Positions 32,076-48,415 of a stretch of DNA of 64,000 bases are shown in pieces. Under the pieces are notes generated by a model, which was not told where the DNA came from, made no database searches, and was given only the letters and a program-made list of their open reading frames with translations. The stretch lies in NCBI RefSeq assembly GCF_009914755.1, contig NC_060925.1, one strand, 5' to 3'. Each line of letters starts with the position of its first letter. Position 1 is the stretch's first letter. A program made the position numbers and the translations under genes. Source of the DNA: the human T2T-CHM13v2.0 reference genome, Homo sapiens.

Positions 32076-33606
32076 CAGGGGCAGATTGTAGAACCTTTTT
32101 CAATTCATTTCTTTTATTCTGCTTTCAAAGGATTTGATCCAATACAAAGCATGAAGCTACATGTGGTGTGTACAGAAATGATACCTTTCCATTAAAGGAG
32201 AAAGGCTTCAGTAGGTAACCATGGAAACAGCCTAGTATCTGTTCCAATTTCTAAGAGAAAATCTTAGTCTTCTAATGAAAACCTACCAGATAGATATATT
32301 TCTACTCCAACTCTCTAGTTCTAACATTCTAAAAAGTTTTGGAATCTTTGTTTTACTGAAAAAAAAAAGTAAAATATGTGTGTAAAAAAAAATAAGTGCA
32401 AGTTGGGTTAATTGGAAAATGTTGTTATGGTAATCCAAATGGCATATAGTTGTCTCTACTACCGTGGTAACACTGGGGATAGAAGTAAGAATTTGAAATA
32501 TATTTTGGAACCAGAATTAACAAGCTTGGATGCAGTATGGGGGCTGACAGAAATTGAGAAATCCAGGATAGATTTCTGGGTTTTTGTTTGAGCAACAAAC
32601 ATAGTATGAGAAAGAGTAGGGTAGGCATAAGGATTTTCTGGACATGTTAGGACTTTGAGATACTCACATAGGATATGAAGTTGGAAGTTCACTGTGAGTC
32701 TGTTTACTCAGAGGGAATATCTGGTCTGGAGATAGGAATCTAATTATTATCACAGTATATATGGTATTTAAAACCAGGTACTCTATTTTTATTATATACT
32801 ACACTGCAGTTGAATCTGTCTCACAGACTATTCCAGATTTTTTATTAGGATAATACCGAGAATTTCTGTAATATGGGCATGGAGTGTATTTTTTCAGAAA
32901 TCGTTTAAAATATACTTTTGCATTGGTTTCTCAACTTAAAGCAGTTCCCCATTCTTTAGGAACTATCTTTTAATTTCTAGCAGTAGACCCCAGAAGTTAT
33001 GTCTGTATTTCATGGCCTTATCTCCACTGCTGTAATTGGCTGGTTGGTGCCAATGTCGTAAATAGAAGGTGCATAAACATCTACTTTTGGATCCCTGGAG
33101 AAGTCTTGGTTCAAGCACTTTTTGAGGCTTAGTTTTTTAATCATTTACTGGATTGCATGATGCACCTTCCATTTTTCTCATACTTTTATTTCCTTTGTGT
33201 TAGAATTCTAGTTCAAGTTGGTTTTGTTTTATTTAGTTTTACTAATACAGAAATAAATGTAAAGACCCTTGTGTTTTACTACCCGGAACTCATAATAAGT
33301 TTAGATAATGTTTTGAAATCTCTAGAAATTTCACTTCAACTTTTTACTCCATTTTAAGCCACTGCTGGCATCTTTCCTTTTGTGGAAAGCTTATTCGAAA
33401 CAGTCTTTTAATGAATCAAAGCCATAGGAATCTTGTTTCAGCATCGAAACTTATTAGGGTGCTTCTGCCAGGCAATGTGATAGATATGTTCTTTCTGGAT
33501 CTTGTAGTTTTGATATTAAAGCTATCTCGCTCCTTACACATTTTTCTTCCAAGAATAAAAGTATCTCTGAAGATTTCTCTTTTCTTGGAATTTCCAGATA
33601 ATGATT

Positions 33607-33987
33607 TGTATTAGGCTCTTCTCATATTACTATAAAGGAATACCTGGGAGTAGGTAATTTATAAAGAAAAGAAGTTCAATTGGCTTACAGCTCTGCAGGC
33701 TGTGCAAGCATGGCACCAACATCTGCTCGGCTTCTGCTGAGGCCTCAGGGAGCTTTTACTTACGGTGGAGCATGAAGTGGGAGCAGGCACATCACATGGT
33801 GAGAATGGGAGCAAGACAGTGAGTTGGCAGGGATGTCCCAGACTTTTATTACCAAGGGGATGGTACTAAACCATTCATGAAGGATCTGTCCTTATGATCC
33901 AGTCACCTTGCATCAGGCCCCACCTTCAACACTGGGAATCACTTTTCAATACGAGATTTGAGGGGGACAGACATCCAAATCATGTTA
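33607..33987 (-). mobile_element. MST (MSTB-like) MaLR solo LTR, TSD tgatt
   Basis: tgtattagg...gacagacatccaaatcatgtta; 5-bp repeat at 33602-33606 and 33988-33992. Confidence 0.85.
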
Positions 33988-35012
33988 TGATTCTCTTTAT
34001 TAATAATAATATATCTACTTTCAGAATATTTACAAATTTTCCAGGTATTTAGACTTGAATAGACTCATTTCATTCGGTGCTATACACATTTAGTTCAAAG
34101 TTTACAATGTAGAAATTAATTCATCAGTGTAAGTTAGTCAACAAAATATTTTCTTAATGCATTGTAAAACCTTGTCAAACTAAGATCTGTTTATTCATAA
34201 TAGTGCTAAATACAAAGTAAATGCTTCCCCAAAATTAATTCGATTTGTGTAAAAAATATATGAGATGCTTTGAATGTAGTTAATTTGTAGTTCATTTATT
34301 TCAGACCCTTACATTTCAAATTAACACACTTAAAAATTTATAAGTTTAGTACACTTTAATGGAGGACATATTCTTTTTTTGTTGTTGTTTTTGCGTTCAG
34401 ATAAAATTAACTTTAAATACAGAATAATGCTACTAGCGGTTTTGAAGGAATATTCTTTCCTATAAGATGAAGGCATTGAAAAGAGCCGCCTCCAGCCATT
34501 TCTTATCTCTGAATTAATAGTATAGTTACATTAATAAATAAGGACTTTAACCAAATGAAAATGCAACTTCTTATCTTCCTGTACTTTCATTTAGAATAAC
34601 ATTTGGAGATATATTTATCAGAAGTAAATAGGAGACTGTATAAAACCAAATGAAATATTAGTAATAAATGAGTAAAATCATGTTAAAACAAACTATTTTT
34701 AAGTCTGTAGGGAAAATTTATGTTTCTATTCTAGGTATAATATTTTTATGTCACTTTAGAACTTCTAAATCTTCAGGAAATTATCGTTATATATTTTCAT
34801 TAATTCTCAGAAATTTAACAATTTTATTGTATGTTCTGTTTGTCCTTGGAAAATATATTATTTTTGTATCTTGATTATATTTGATATTATAAATCACATA
34901 ATACAAAGAAAATTACTTTATCTTAATAATTGCTAACACATTGAACACATTTTTCACTAAGTATTTTTAAATTGCTTTATGGAGTTATGTTTTTTCTTTA
35001 AAATTTACTCAT

Positions 35013-35317
<305 letters not shown>

Positions 35318-36268
35318 TTACTCATTTCAAGTGTACAAGTCAATGATTTTTTTTTTTGTAACTTTACTGAATGGTATAGCTATTACCGTAAGTTATTTTT
35401 GGAACATTTCCATTAGCCATTCAGATCTGCCATGCCTATTTACAGTTAATCCCTACTCTCACCCTCAGTATCAGGCAACCACTCATCTACTTTATATAAA
35501 TTCGCCTATTTTGGACATTTTATATAATTGGGATCATACAACGTGAAGTCTCTTGTGTCTGGCTTCTTTCACTTAGCATGTTTTTGAGGTTCATCTGTAG
35601 ACTTAGCAGGGTCAGTATTTCCTTTTTATTACTGAATGGTACTTCATTGTATAAATATACCACATATTGTCTATCCACTTAACCACTGATGAACTTTTAG
35701 GGCATTTCCAGTTTTTTACTATTAGGAATAATGCTGCTATGAACATTCACTTGCAAGTCTTTGTGTGGTTGCTTGTAAGTATTCTAAAATCTCTGTGTAC
35801 ATTAATACCTTTAATCTTCACAGCATCTCCAGAGTTAAATAGTATTATCATCCCCATTCTATAAAAGAGGAAACTGTAAAATTATATTAACATCATATAG
35901 CTACTAAGTGATGGACCCAGAAATCAAACCAGTCTGATTCCAGATCTCCTGTTTTTAATTCTATAATTAATTAATTTTATATTAATGTGTCTATCATATT
36001 GATAGGTATAGTTAAATAATTATTCTAATTAACTTAGATCCACCATTATATAGTCCTTTTAAACCGGAATTTAAGTAAATATTACTTTATCATTAGATTT
36101 ATTATTAGAAATTTTTATGAAAAGGATAAAGGTGGCCTTATTCATCCTTCTTTGTCTAGCACCTGTCAAAGAGTATGGCACATAGAAAGGTAGCCAATAA
36201 ATGTTTATTGAATTAATATAGCCAAAAAATAAAAAAATTATGTGGATTTTTCTGTTGCTTAGGTATAG

Positions 36269-36620
<352 letters not shown>

Positions 36621-37220
36621 TTGCAGAATTTAATGTAGATTATATTTTCAATGCATTTCTGATTAAATATCCTGAGACTACTACAGATGTTTTAAGATAC
36701 TATAATTGGCAAACAGGTTGACTGTAGCTCAAGAATTGGGAATCCAAGTTATATGTTATGCAAAATATGAATAAAAAAGATGTCCACTTTTTTCAGGTTG
36801 ATTTTTGGCAGGAATACTATGTCAGTGAGATGTCTTCAGTGTGTTACATCAGGGACCACATGATCTCAGATATTATTGGTGCTACTAACTTTGCTTGTTT
36901 AAGTGGTGTGGTGTCCACTAGATTGCTCCATTTTGGAAGACCTTTTTCCACTTTTTCGGGAGTAAATAATTTCTGGATTGATACTTTGAGACTGTGTGAA
37001 TATCCTGTTCCCCAATACCTAGTGGTTTTAACATTCATTGATGATTCTTGACTAAATCAATTATTACCTTTTTCTTTAGTATTGATACTCATAGATTCTT
37101 TTTCTATTCAGTGTTATCCACTCCTGTCATTTTTTATTTGGATCCCCAAATTGTCTCAAATTGGGCTATCAATTGTTCACTCAAACCGACTCCCACATCT
37201 TTTTGATCTGTATGTGTCCC

Positions 37221-39840
37221 TGTATTAGTCCATTTTCACACCACTGATAAAGACATACCCAAGACTGGGCAATTTACAAAAGAAAGGTTTATTGGACTTA
37301 CAGTTCCACATCACTGGGGAGGCCTCATAATCATGGCAGAAGGTGAAAGGCACATCTTACATGGTGGCAGACAAGACAAGAGAGCTGCTGCGGGAAAGTC
37401 CCCCTTTTAAAACCATCAGATCTCATGAGTGAGACTCAGTCACTATCACAAGAACAGCGCAGGAAAGATGCACCCCCATAATTCAGTCACCTCCCATCGA
37501 GTGCCTCCCATGTCACATGGAACTTGTGAGAGTTAAAATTCAAGATGAGATTTGGGTTGGGACATAGCCAAACCACGTCATTTCGCCCCTGGCCCCTCCC
37601 AAATCTCATACCCTCACATTTGAAAACCAATCATGCTTTCCCAACGGTCCCCCAGAGTCTTGTCTTATTTCAGCATTAACTCGGAAGTCCACAGTCCAGC
37701 ATCTCATCTGACACAAGTCAAGTCCCCTCTGCCTATGACGCAGTAAAATCAAAAGCAAGTTAGTTACTTCCTAGATACAATGGGGGTACAGGCATTAGGT
37801 AAATACAGCTTTTCCAAATGGGAGAAATTCACCAAAACAAAGGGGCTACAGGCCCCATGCAAGTTTATAATCCAGCAGGGCAGTCAAATCTTAAAGCTCC
37901 GAAATTATCTCCTTTGACTCCATGTCTCGCATCTGGGTCATGCTGATGCAAGGGGTGGGTTCCTGTGGTTTTGGGCATCTCCGCCCCTGTGGCTCTGCAG
38001 GGTACAGCCTCCTTCCTGGCTGCTTTCACAGGATGGTGTTGAGTGTCTGCGGCTTTTCCAGGCACACTGTGCAAGCCATTGGTGGATCTCCCATTCTGGG
38101 GTCTGGAGGACAGTGGCCCTTTTCTCACAGCTCCACTAGGCAGTGCCCCAGTAGGGACTCTGTGTGGGTGCTTCGACCCCACATTTTCCTTCTGCCCTGC
38201 CCTAGCAGAGGATCTCCATGAGAGCCCCACCTCTGCAGCAAACTTCTGCCTGAACATCCAGGTATTTCCATACATCTTCTGAAATCTAGGCGGAGGTTCT
38301 CAAACACCAATTCTTTTTTTTTTTTTAATCTTTTATGTGGATTTTGATTTTTTTTCTTTTTTTTTTTAAATTATACTTTAAGTCCTGGGATACATGTGCA
38401 GGACATGCAGGTTTGTTACATAGGTATACATGTGCCATGATGGTTTGCTGTGTCCATCAACTTGTCATCTACGTTAGGTATTTCTCCTAATGCTATCCCT
38501 CCCCTTACACCCCACCCTGCTGACAGGCCCCAGTGTGTGATGTTCCCCTCCCTGTGCCCATATGTTCTCATTGTTCAACTCCCACTTATGAGTGAGAACA
38601 TGTGGTGTTTGGTTTTCTGTTCCTGCCCAAACACCAGTTCTTGACTTCCGTGTACTCACAGGCTCAACACCACGTGGAAGCTGCCAGGGGTTGTGGCTTG
38701 CACCCTCTGAAGCCACGGCCCGAGCTCTGTGGTGGCCCCTTTCAGCCACGGATGGAGCAGCTGTGATGCAGGGTATTGAGTCCCTAGGCTGCAGACAGCA
38801 CAGAGACCCTGGGCCTGGCCCACAAAACCACTTTTTCTTCCTTGGCCTTCTGGACTGTGATGGTAGGGGCTGCGGTGAAGACCTCTGACATGCCCTGGAG
38901 ACATTTTCCCCATTGTCTTGAGTTTTAACGTTTGGTTCCTCATTACTCATGCAAATTTCTACAGCTGGTTTGAATTTCACCTCAGAAAATGGGATTTTCT
39001 TTTCTGTCACATTGTCAGGCTGCAAATTTTCCAAACTTTTATGCTCTGTTTCCCTTTTAAAACTGCCTTTAACAGCACAAAGTCACGTCTTGAATGCTTT
39101 TCTGCTTAGAAATTTCTTCCGCCAGATACCCTAAATCATCTCTCTCAAGTTCAAATTTCCACAAATCTCTGGGGCAGGGGCAAGATGCCGCCAGTCTCTT
39201 TGCTAAAACATAACAAGAGTCACCTTTGCTCTGGTTCTCAACAAGTTCCTCATCACTGGAGACCACCTCAGCCTGGATCTTATTGTCCATATCACTATCA
39301 GCATTTTGGGCAAAGCCATTCAACAAGTCTATAGGAAGTTCCAAACTTTCCCACATTTTTCTGTCGTCTTCTGAGCCCTCCAAACTATTCCAACCTTTGC
39401 CTGTTACCCAGTTCTAAAGTTGCTTCCACATTTTTGGTTATCTTTTCAGCAGGACCCCACTCTAACTGGTAGCAATTTACTGCATTAGTCCGTTTTTACA
39501 CCACTGATAAAGACATACCTGAGACTGGACAGTTTACAAAAGAAAGAGGTTTATTGGACGTACAGTATCACATCGTTTGGGAGGCCTCACAATCATGGCA
39601 GAAGGTGAAAGGCACGTCTCACATGGTGGCAGACAAGAGAAGAGAGCTTGTACAGGGAAACTCCCCTTCTAAAACCACCAGATCTTGTGAGACTCACTCA
39701 CTATCATGAGAACAGTGCAGGAAAGACCCACTCCCATATAATTCAATCCCTTTCCATTGAGTTCCTCCCATGACACACAGGAATTGTGGGAGTTACCATT
39801 CAAGATGAGATTTGGATGGAGACACAGCCAAACCATATCA
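37221..39840 (-). mobile_element. Complete THE1 (THE1B-like) MaLR element: LTR 37221-37580, internal region, LTR 39481-39840; TSD gtccc
   Basis: Two similar LTRs (tg[tc]attagtcc...aaacca[ct][ga]tca), THE1-int sequence between them, GTCCC at 37216-37220 and 39841-39845. Confidence 0.93.
38314..38627 (-). mobile_element. Short L1PA 3'-end insertion inside THE1-int, TSD caaacacca(a/g)ttctt
   Basis: T tail and L1PA 3'UTR; direct repeat at 38301-38315 and 38628-38642. Confidence 0.9.
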
Positions 39841-41148
39841 GTCCCAATCAGGTCTTGAGTCCTTTCTTCCTTTTAATCCTTTTGTGAGGAAGGACATTTA
39901 GAAATGAAGATCTAGGTGTGCTTGTTACTGCTGGGTATCATTTCATCTAGGCTCTTTTAGTGAACAGTTTATTTTGATACCACGCATTCAATCCAGTACC
40001 AGAGTTCTTCCTCTTATTTCTCTTTTCTGTATTTGTATCTCTCTTCACCCATAGAACTGTGGTTCCTAGCAAAATTCATGTATGTATTAATTTGCTCAGT
40101 CCTACGATACATATAAAATAGTTTAGGTATTGCTACTTAAATGCCAGTACCAATAATAAATCTATTACATAAAATTCAAGAATTTTGGTTGCGTAATGTT
40201 TGTCCTCAGAATATATCCAATAAGGTTGTACAGTATACTGTGTTCAAAAGTTATTTGCATTAATTCTTTTTTGTGGTTATCTGTTTGCTATGAATATAGT
40301 TCACTTCACACTTTTTATTTCATTCGATGTTGAGTTTTTCAATTTGTTTTTGAATATGTAAAACATTAGTCTAAATTAAAAGCTAAATAAAAACATATAC
40401 TCAGATAAATCCCATTTCTTTTTTATTTCTTCTGCTTCATTCCCACTCACCTGTGTAGATAACCACTTTTTTTAGTTTCTGGCTTATCATTCCTGTGTTT
40501 TGTTTTGAAAAAATAATTATGTGTGTCTTGTTATTTTCCCTTCACATAGAATACTACATATGTGTGTATGTGTGTATATGTATTTTTTCTTTTGCATTTT
40601 TCTTTTGTTACTTATTTTGGAAACCACTCCATATGAATTCACAGAAATCTCCTTCCTTCTTTTTTACATCTGCAGGTTATACTTCTGAATAAGCTCCTAA
40701 CTTATATTCAGCCAGTATCCCACGTTCATGAGAAATACCTACCTTTCAGACCACTTTTTATAGGATATTAATATCAGATTCTTTGAAAGCATAATTAGCC
40801 TCATATCTGTGTTACTTTCTCTCCTTTACATTTAATATGATTGAGACTGCTAACAAAATCTTAATTGTTTTTAGAAGATTGTTGGATTTCTTGTCTGCTA
40901 CTTATGTTAACTTTTGGACCCTTTTTTGCATATGTATAGTCAAATTTCTTGATTTGTATCCTGAACTGAAGTCAATCAGGAACACACTGTTGTCGAATTG
41001 TTAACAATAACTTGTTAAATTCTTTTTGAGCTCTTGGTTAAGTTACTCTTTAAGAGCAATTTATTTGGATTCTAATTATAGAATTTTCAGTATATTCTGG
41101 CTGTTTGAGTTTTTTCCCCCATGACAAAGTGTTTGGAGCAAATTTTAG

Positions 41149-41608
<460 letters not shown>

Positions 41609-42649
41609 GCTCTCCAAGCACAGAAACAACGGCATTCTAAAGCAATTTATTAAATATTAAAGAGTTGACAGGCAGAAAACATTATAAATGCTTAGGAGTC
41701 CATTTAATAAGTTGCTAACAGGAAATTATTGAGGTGTTTAAATTTTTTAAATAAAAAATAGTTCCATATACCCATTATAAGCTTATTTTCCTTTTATTAA
41801 AATTTAATTCACCTTTAATGTTACCTTTAAATTTTAGATGTGATATTAAATGCCAAGATCATTCTGCCATATTCTCTACATTTTCTTATGACTACTACTA
41901 GTATTACAATTTTATACAATATCCTACATGACTACAAATTTTCTTTCCTTTATTTGTACATAAGGACAAAGCCCAGATCAAAGAAGGGCAAATTACACCA
42001 GAACATGGAAATAATTGTATCCATACAATATCAATATAGATCAACATTTTAATTTAACTTTTTATGTTCATGCATAGAAGGTAGAATTATATTGTAGTAG
42101 AATCTCCTTTGGTTTTTTATTACAGTGAATCACTAATTTATGCCACTGTAATTTTATTTTTGAATGCCTGCTATGCTATGCACAGAGATAGAAAAAGAGC
42201 TGTTTAAGAGAAGATTAACGTCTTTCTGCCAAGTTGAGAAGCAACAGGTGGTTTGTGTGCTGAAGTAATAGTAGTGGTAAAATATAAGACTGAAAAGTTA
42301 AATTGGTATAGATCATTTAGGGTCTTAACTGATGGGCCAAGCAATTAGGACTGCTTTTTAGGCAGTGAAGGCCATTAGAAGATTTTAAACTAAAAGCTTT
42401 ACATGACCTGACTTTTGCTTTAGGAAGATAACCCTATTAAGTCTATGAAGAATGGATTGGAGCTGGTGGAAATGAGAGGCAGGAAGATGAGTTAACTGTT
42501 GAGGCAGGAAAATTGTTTGGTTTAGTTGAACAGTAATAGGTAGCTTGTCAAATAGGTAAATGTAACAATTCCTAGCATTCATTAGGTAATTTTGTGGATT
42601 GTGTCTATAGTTTGAGTGCTTACATGTTCAACTTCTGGTACCAATCTCA

Positions 42650-44040
42650 TTGAAATCTAGAGCCGTTAACTGTTATCCTAACTCTGGTCTTATCATCACA
42701 GCACCTTTAATTTTCTATTAATTTATGTATGTAAGTATATTACAAACTCAACAGTCTTTTTTGTTTGTTTTTTTACTTTCTCATTTTGGTATAAAGCCTA
42801 TCTTCCAGTAGCTTCCAGAGAAATAGTGTATAGCAAGTGAGCTTTTTGAGATGCTGCACATTTGAAAATCTCTTTATTCTAACTTGTAATTGATTAATGG
42901 TTTGGCCAGGTATAGAATGTCAGTTTGGAAATCATTTTCCTATAGAATTTTGAAGTCATTGCTCTATTGTCTTCTCACTAATAGTGTTGCTATTTTGGTT
43001 CTCATTTATTTTTAGATATTTTATTTTCTCTGCAAGTTTTAATTATTATTCTTCCTGTGTTGGGAAATTTTGTAACATTGTACCTGGGGTACAACTTTCA
43101 TTGTTGATGCCAGGTATTTGGTGGACACTTTCAGTTTGAATATTCATCTCTTAAGATGTAAAAAAAAATTGAATCATTTATTTCATAGTTCCTTCCATTT
43201 TCTCCTTTGTTTCTGGCAAGATTATTCATTTGATATTGAAAAGCCTAGTTTCCTCCCATACTGTAACTTTCTGCTATCACATTTTAAAATATCGAGTTGC
43301 TTCTCAGTCTCTGATGGTTTCTTACTTTAAGTAATTGTTCCTATTTTATGATTGTAATATCTTTTCATCACTAAGGATATTCTTTTCTTCCATCTTAAGC
43401 CTTTTTCTTGTTCTTATATTACATTTTCTTTTTTTTAAGTCTCTTGTCTTTTATATTGGAGGTTTTCTCACATATGTAGAGATTGTCATATGTAACAGTG
43501 ATACGTAGAAAAGTAGATTAGAAACTGTGTGCCTGGACTGAGTTTGTTATCAGTGACTTCACTGCTAGTTGATTGGGAAGGAATATGACCATTTCATTTC
43601 AGACTCCCACATGTCAGTGTTTATAACTGTTGTCTCTTAGGCCCCTTAATTTTTCGGAATAATCCTCCATTATCCTCATTATCCTGCTTTTGTTGAGAAG
43701 TGTGATATACTGCTTGGCTGCAGCACTCTTGGAACTGAGTAATAAAAGGTAGCTGAGCATTTAACTGTTCATCAGATTTTCACTTAATTCTCTGTTTTCA
43801 GAGGGGGAGTGCTTATCCCTGTTTCCTCTTATGCCTGATGTTCCTTAATTGGATTCTTGGGTGCCTATTATAGAGGACACAGTTTGGGGTGGGAGTGTTG
43901 ATATTGCTTACTGGGCAAGCTTTCATCTGCCTACTCTTGTTTTAGCATACTTCTTACCCACTACCTTCTAAGGTACTAATGCCTTCAATTCCTGAGCCTT
44001 TCTGGACCTCTGTTGAGTGAAAGGGCTTGTTTCTCATCAT
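42650..44040 (-). mobile_element. Ancient L1M fragment(s)
   Basis: gaaaatctctttattct...ggtttggccaggtatagaatgtcagtttggaaatcattttcc is typical of the L1M ORF1 region, antisense. Confidence 0.55.
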
Positions 44041-44458
44041 ATTCTGATTTTCACATGAGTCAAGAGATGAATAAGCTGTGGAAAAACTTAATTCTGATCC
44101 TGTCTTCAGTGATTATTATCTATGTGATATAATAAACTTTTCAGAGTCTTTTCTTAAATGTAAATTGTCTAAAAATACTTGCCCTAAAGAGTTAGTGTGA
44201 GGACTAGAAATACTGCATGTCTTGGGATATGATAGTTCTGAATAAATGGTAGCTATTAACATATTTGTATTTATGAAAAGTCTTTATGTATAAAATTAAA
44301 TAGGTATGCCCATTGATAATTTGTTGAAAAAAGTAAAAGTTAATGAACTTCAAACTATCTAAAAAATGGGAACAGCTAGCTTTTAATTGATGTTTTATTG
44401 ATTGAGAGGGCAAAATATGTTTTTTTTCCTATTAGAATGTCTTAAAAATAGAATTGTT

Positions 44459-44716
44459 GGCCAGACACGGTGGCTCATGCCTATATTCCCAACACTTTGG
44501 GAGGCTAAGTCAGGAAGATTCCTTGAAGCCAGGAGTTCGAGACCAGCCTGGTCAACATAATGAAACCGCATCTCTACAAAAAAAAAAATACAAAGAATTA
44601 GCTGGGTATGGTGGCGTGCTTGGGAGGCTAAGGCAGGAGGATCACTTAAGCCCAGGAGCTCAAGACTACAGTGAGCTATGATTGTTCCACTGAACTCGAA
44701 ATTAAAAAAAAAAAAA
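44459..44716 (+). mobile_element. AluJ-like element with internal deletions
   Basis: ggccagacacggtggctcatgcc...gaggatcacttaagcccaggag; A tail. Confidence 0.88.
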
Positions 44717-45457
44717 GGATTGTCTCCCATATAAAAAGTTAATTTGTTATAGTTATTGGTTATATATCAACTAAAATTTAAGTCAAAGTGAGTTCTCAGT
44801 TACCATCTCCAGTTCACCTTTAACCATTTAGAAATCTCTTCTAAGTAGGTGTTTTACTTCTCACAGAACATTTAGAAACATCATGTAAATAAGATTTTTG
44901 ATGCTATTTTTAAAAAATGCTATTTTGCCTAAGACTAATCCTCATTTCAGATTTAAAACTCTGTAATTATACAGTTAGAGGCAAACTTTATTTTATATTC
45001 ACTTTAAAAATTGATATAAATTAGCACCCAATGTGAAACTTACCTTTATAAGTTTATGTTCTTTAAAGTACATTTGATGACATCGTATTATAAAAGCTGT
45101 ACTCAACTAAATATTTCCAACATTTATCCTTATGGAGCTGTTGTCTCTCAAGAGCTTTCAGTGAAACTGTGGGTGAAGGAATCTATAGGGCATGCAACTA
45201 GATGAGAATTGAACCAACTAAAAGGTAATTGAGACCTCACCCCCCACCAAAAAAATATTCCACAAGTTTTAAACATGTTTTTCATTAAGGGGTTCTGTGG
45301 ATCCTTGGTAGGGGTTTGTTCTAGGAGTAAGATAAAATGAGGGTCAGGGAATCAGAATGAGGAGGCAGAGCTCGAGCTCCTTATTTCTTCTTTTATTAGT
45401 TTAAATAGATTAGATTTTATTTGAACAAAAGGTTCTATAACTAAAAAGTTTTTTTGG

Positions 45458-45725
45458 GGCCGGGCACAGTGGCTCATGCCTGTAATCCCAGCACTTTGGG
45501 AGGCCAAGGCAGGCAGATCATGAGGTCAGGAGATAGAAACCATCCTGGCTAACATGATGAAACCCCGTCTCTACTAAAAATACAAAAAAAAAAAAAAAAA
45601 TTAGCCGGGTGTGGTGGCATGTGCCTGTAGTCCCAGCTACTCAGGAGGCTGAGGCAGGAGAATCACGCCACTGCACTCCAGCCTGGGCAACAGAGCGAAA
45701 CTCCGTATCAAACAACAACAACAAC
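45458..45725 (+). mobile_element. Alu, sense, right-arm deletion, (AAC)n tail, TSD aaaagtttttttg
   Basis: Direct repeat at 45444-45456 and 45726-45738; ggagaatc joined to acgccactgcac. Confidence 0.93.
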
Positions 45726-45754
45726 AAAAGTTTTTTTGAAAGCTTCCAGTTGTT

Positions 45755-46123
<369 letters not shown>

Positions 46124-48351
46124 TAGTATAAATATCTAAATTAACCTTTCCTTGTTCTCCCATTGTTTAAAACCTTCTCTAGTTGGCCAGTTCTTTGCAG
46201 AGGTAATTTGGTCATCATGCATCATGGCTGACTTTGTACCTTTGTTAATATTGTACCCCAGTTTGAAACATTGAACCCTCTTTCAACCTATTTAGCACTG
46301 CATTTCAAGGCCAAAGTTAAGGCCAACTCCTGCCATGAAGTTTTCTTGCCAACACTCTCACAGATTAATCTTTCTATTTTCAGAATTTCTATAGACCTCG
46401 GTTGCTTTGGATATTCTTTTGTTATGTACAGTAACTTGTTTCACTTCACTTTGGTATGAGTTCCCCGTATCTCACATAGTGCTTGCTGGATGCAAATTTA
46501 ATAAATCAATAATTTTTTTATTTAATTGGAACAAAGTTATGAACTTGATTTTTCTAATTAAAACCTCTCTTGCCCTTATTACCATTAGCCTTTGATTTTG
46601 TTAATGATTTATATATTTGGACTTCTTGAGTTTCTTGAGTTTGATTCTTTAACATTCCTTATGATCTCTTTCATTTTGCATTCATCTTGATATGGCCACA
46701 AAATGGAGTAATAAATCATTCATGTTTGACAGCTAGCTATACTCCTACTTCCCCATAGCCTGACAACAGAATACTCCTTCCATATGCAGATTTCTTGTGA
46801 CTATTTGGGGGTAAGGAGGACCATCTCTCAGAATATACAGAACACATAAACTTTCTCTCCCTGTGTGTTCTTACATAGGCATTTGATTAGGTTGTACATT
46901 TAGGTCTATACCTACCACAGATTATAGTGATGTATAAGAAAGATTGTTTGTCCCTATATTAATTGTGTTTGTATCAGGATGTTTAATGGGACTTTTCTTG
47001 AGGGTTTTGTTATTCTGGAATCGGTGACTAGGGACCGAAAGCTGGAATAAAGAGGTAATAGTAATTCATCTCTCTATCTAAAATCTTGAGCTAACAGCCA
47101 TTGACATTCTGGGTCAGAGACTTCCCTACGTATTTATTATGAGGTAGTCCAAACTGGTTTTATTGCTCCCAAATATCAGTCTAACTGCTGTGCTCCCACT
47201 CCCACACCATATCAAATAAGCAGGAGATGAGGTAGGGGGAGAAAGAGAGTTGGAGTTTTGAAGTTGGGAGGTACTGTGGTTACAGCTCTTCTGCCTCATC
47301 GTCTTTTTCAGTGGGCACTTGAGATTTGTGAAGAACACGGAGATATTTTTGAGGCTCCCTTTGAAGGAGCATGGAAAATAGAGGAGGCAAGAGTTATAGG
47401 GCTAATCAGGCAACCAGCAAACCAGGGAATTTGTTACCTAATTAGGGGATTAGGAGTATGGACTGCTGACCACAGGGGAAGACTTGGCTGCCCTCCTCTT
47501 GGTAGTTCCTCCGTGACTGCAGAGGCTGAGATGAAGCTGAATATCACCCAAATGAATTATCTGCGTAATTTATGAAGAAACCACCATATCAGCAAAAGCT
47601 ACCACAGCCAACCAGTGCTAGAGTGAGGTTTAGGGTACCTTTCTACTACCTGCATGCAAACAGTAAGGCAGTCTCAGCAATTTCTGCTATTCCTGTTCCT
47701 TACCCCAACACATCAGAGTAATTAGAGGTGGAAGAGAGGGGAAAATGTTCCCGAATGAAGTCATTCAAGGTGCTGGATGGAGTAAAGAGGATTAAAAGTG
47801 CAGACCTCACTTTGTCTCCCACTCAAAAGTTCCATGAACAGAAGCTTAGCTGGCATCAGAGGGAGGGAGTAACAAAAGCAAATACATATATAGTGCTTGC
47901 GATGTAACAGGCACTGTTTTAAGCCCTTTACTTATATTAGTTCATTTAATGTTTTGACAGCACTGTGAACTATGAACTATTATTAATTCTGTTTTACAAG
48001 TTAGAAACTTAGATATAGAGAGGAAATTAAGTTAGACCTGGGAATGGAGTTTTAAATTCTACTAGCTTTAAATTCTACTAGATTCTTTACTAACAGAAAG
48101 TGACTGGTAATGAATGAACTCTGCCTTAGGATCAAATTAAGGGCAGGATGAGAGAAATTCACTATCATACAATTAAAACATAAGGATTAGAATAAAAATT
48201 TCCCATGCAAAAAATTCCTGGGAATTTCCCATGCTAAAGTCCCATACTAATTTGGGAATTAATTTGATGGCTAAGAGTTGACAAATTCTCTTACTCAACC
48301 TGAGTAAGATAAATTATATATATACCTGTATATGCATGATGACAAGAAAGA

Positions 48352-48412
<61 letters not shown>
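48352..48412. repeat. Compound microsatellite (TA)n(GA)n
   Basis: Direct reading. Confidence 0.97.

Positions 48413-48415
<3 letters not shown>

Noticed and set aside
37865-39417. Cluster of 60-186 aa ORFs on both strands
   Set aside because: Degenerate THE1-int reading frames, broken by stops and an L1 insertion.
47020-47870. GC-richer block with a 105-aa ORF (47258-47575)
   Set aside because: TTG start, no recognisable protein; probably an ancient LTR relic I cannot name with confidence.
48051-48081. 16-bp tandem duplication tttaaattctactag(c)
   Set aside because: Ordinary slippage duplication with no functional context.
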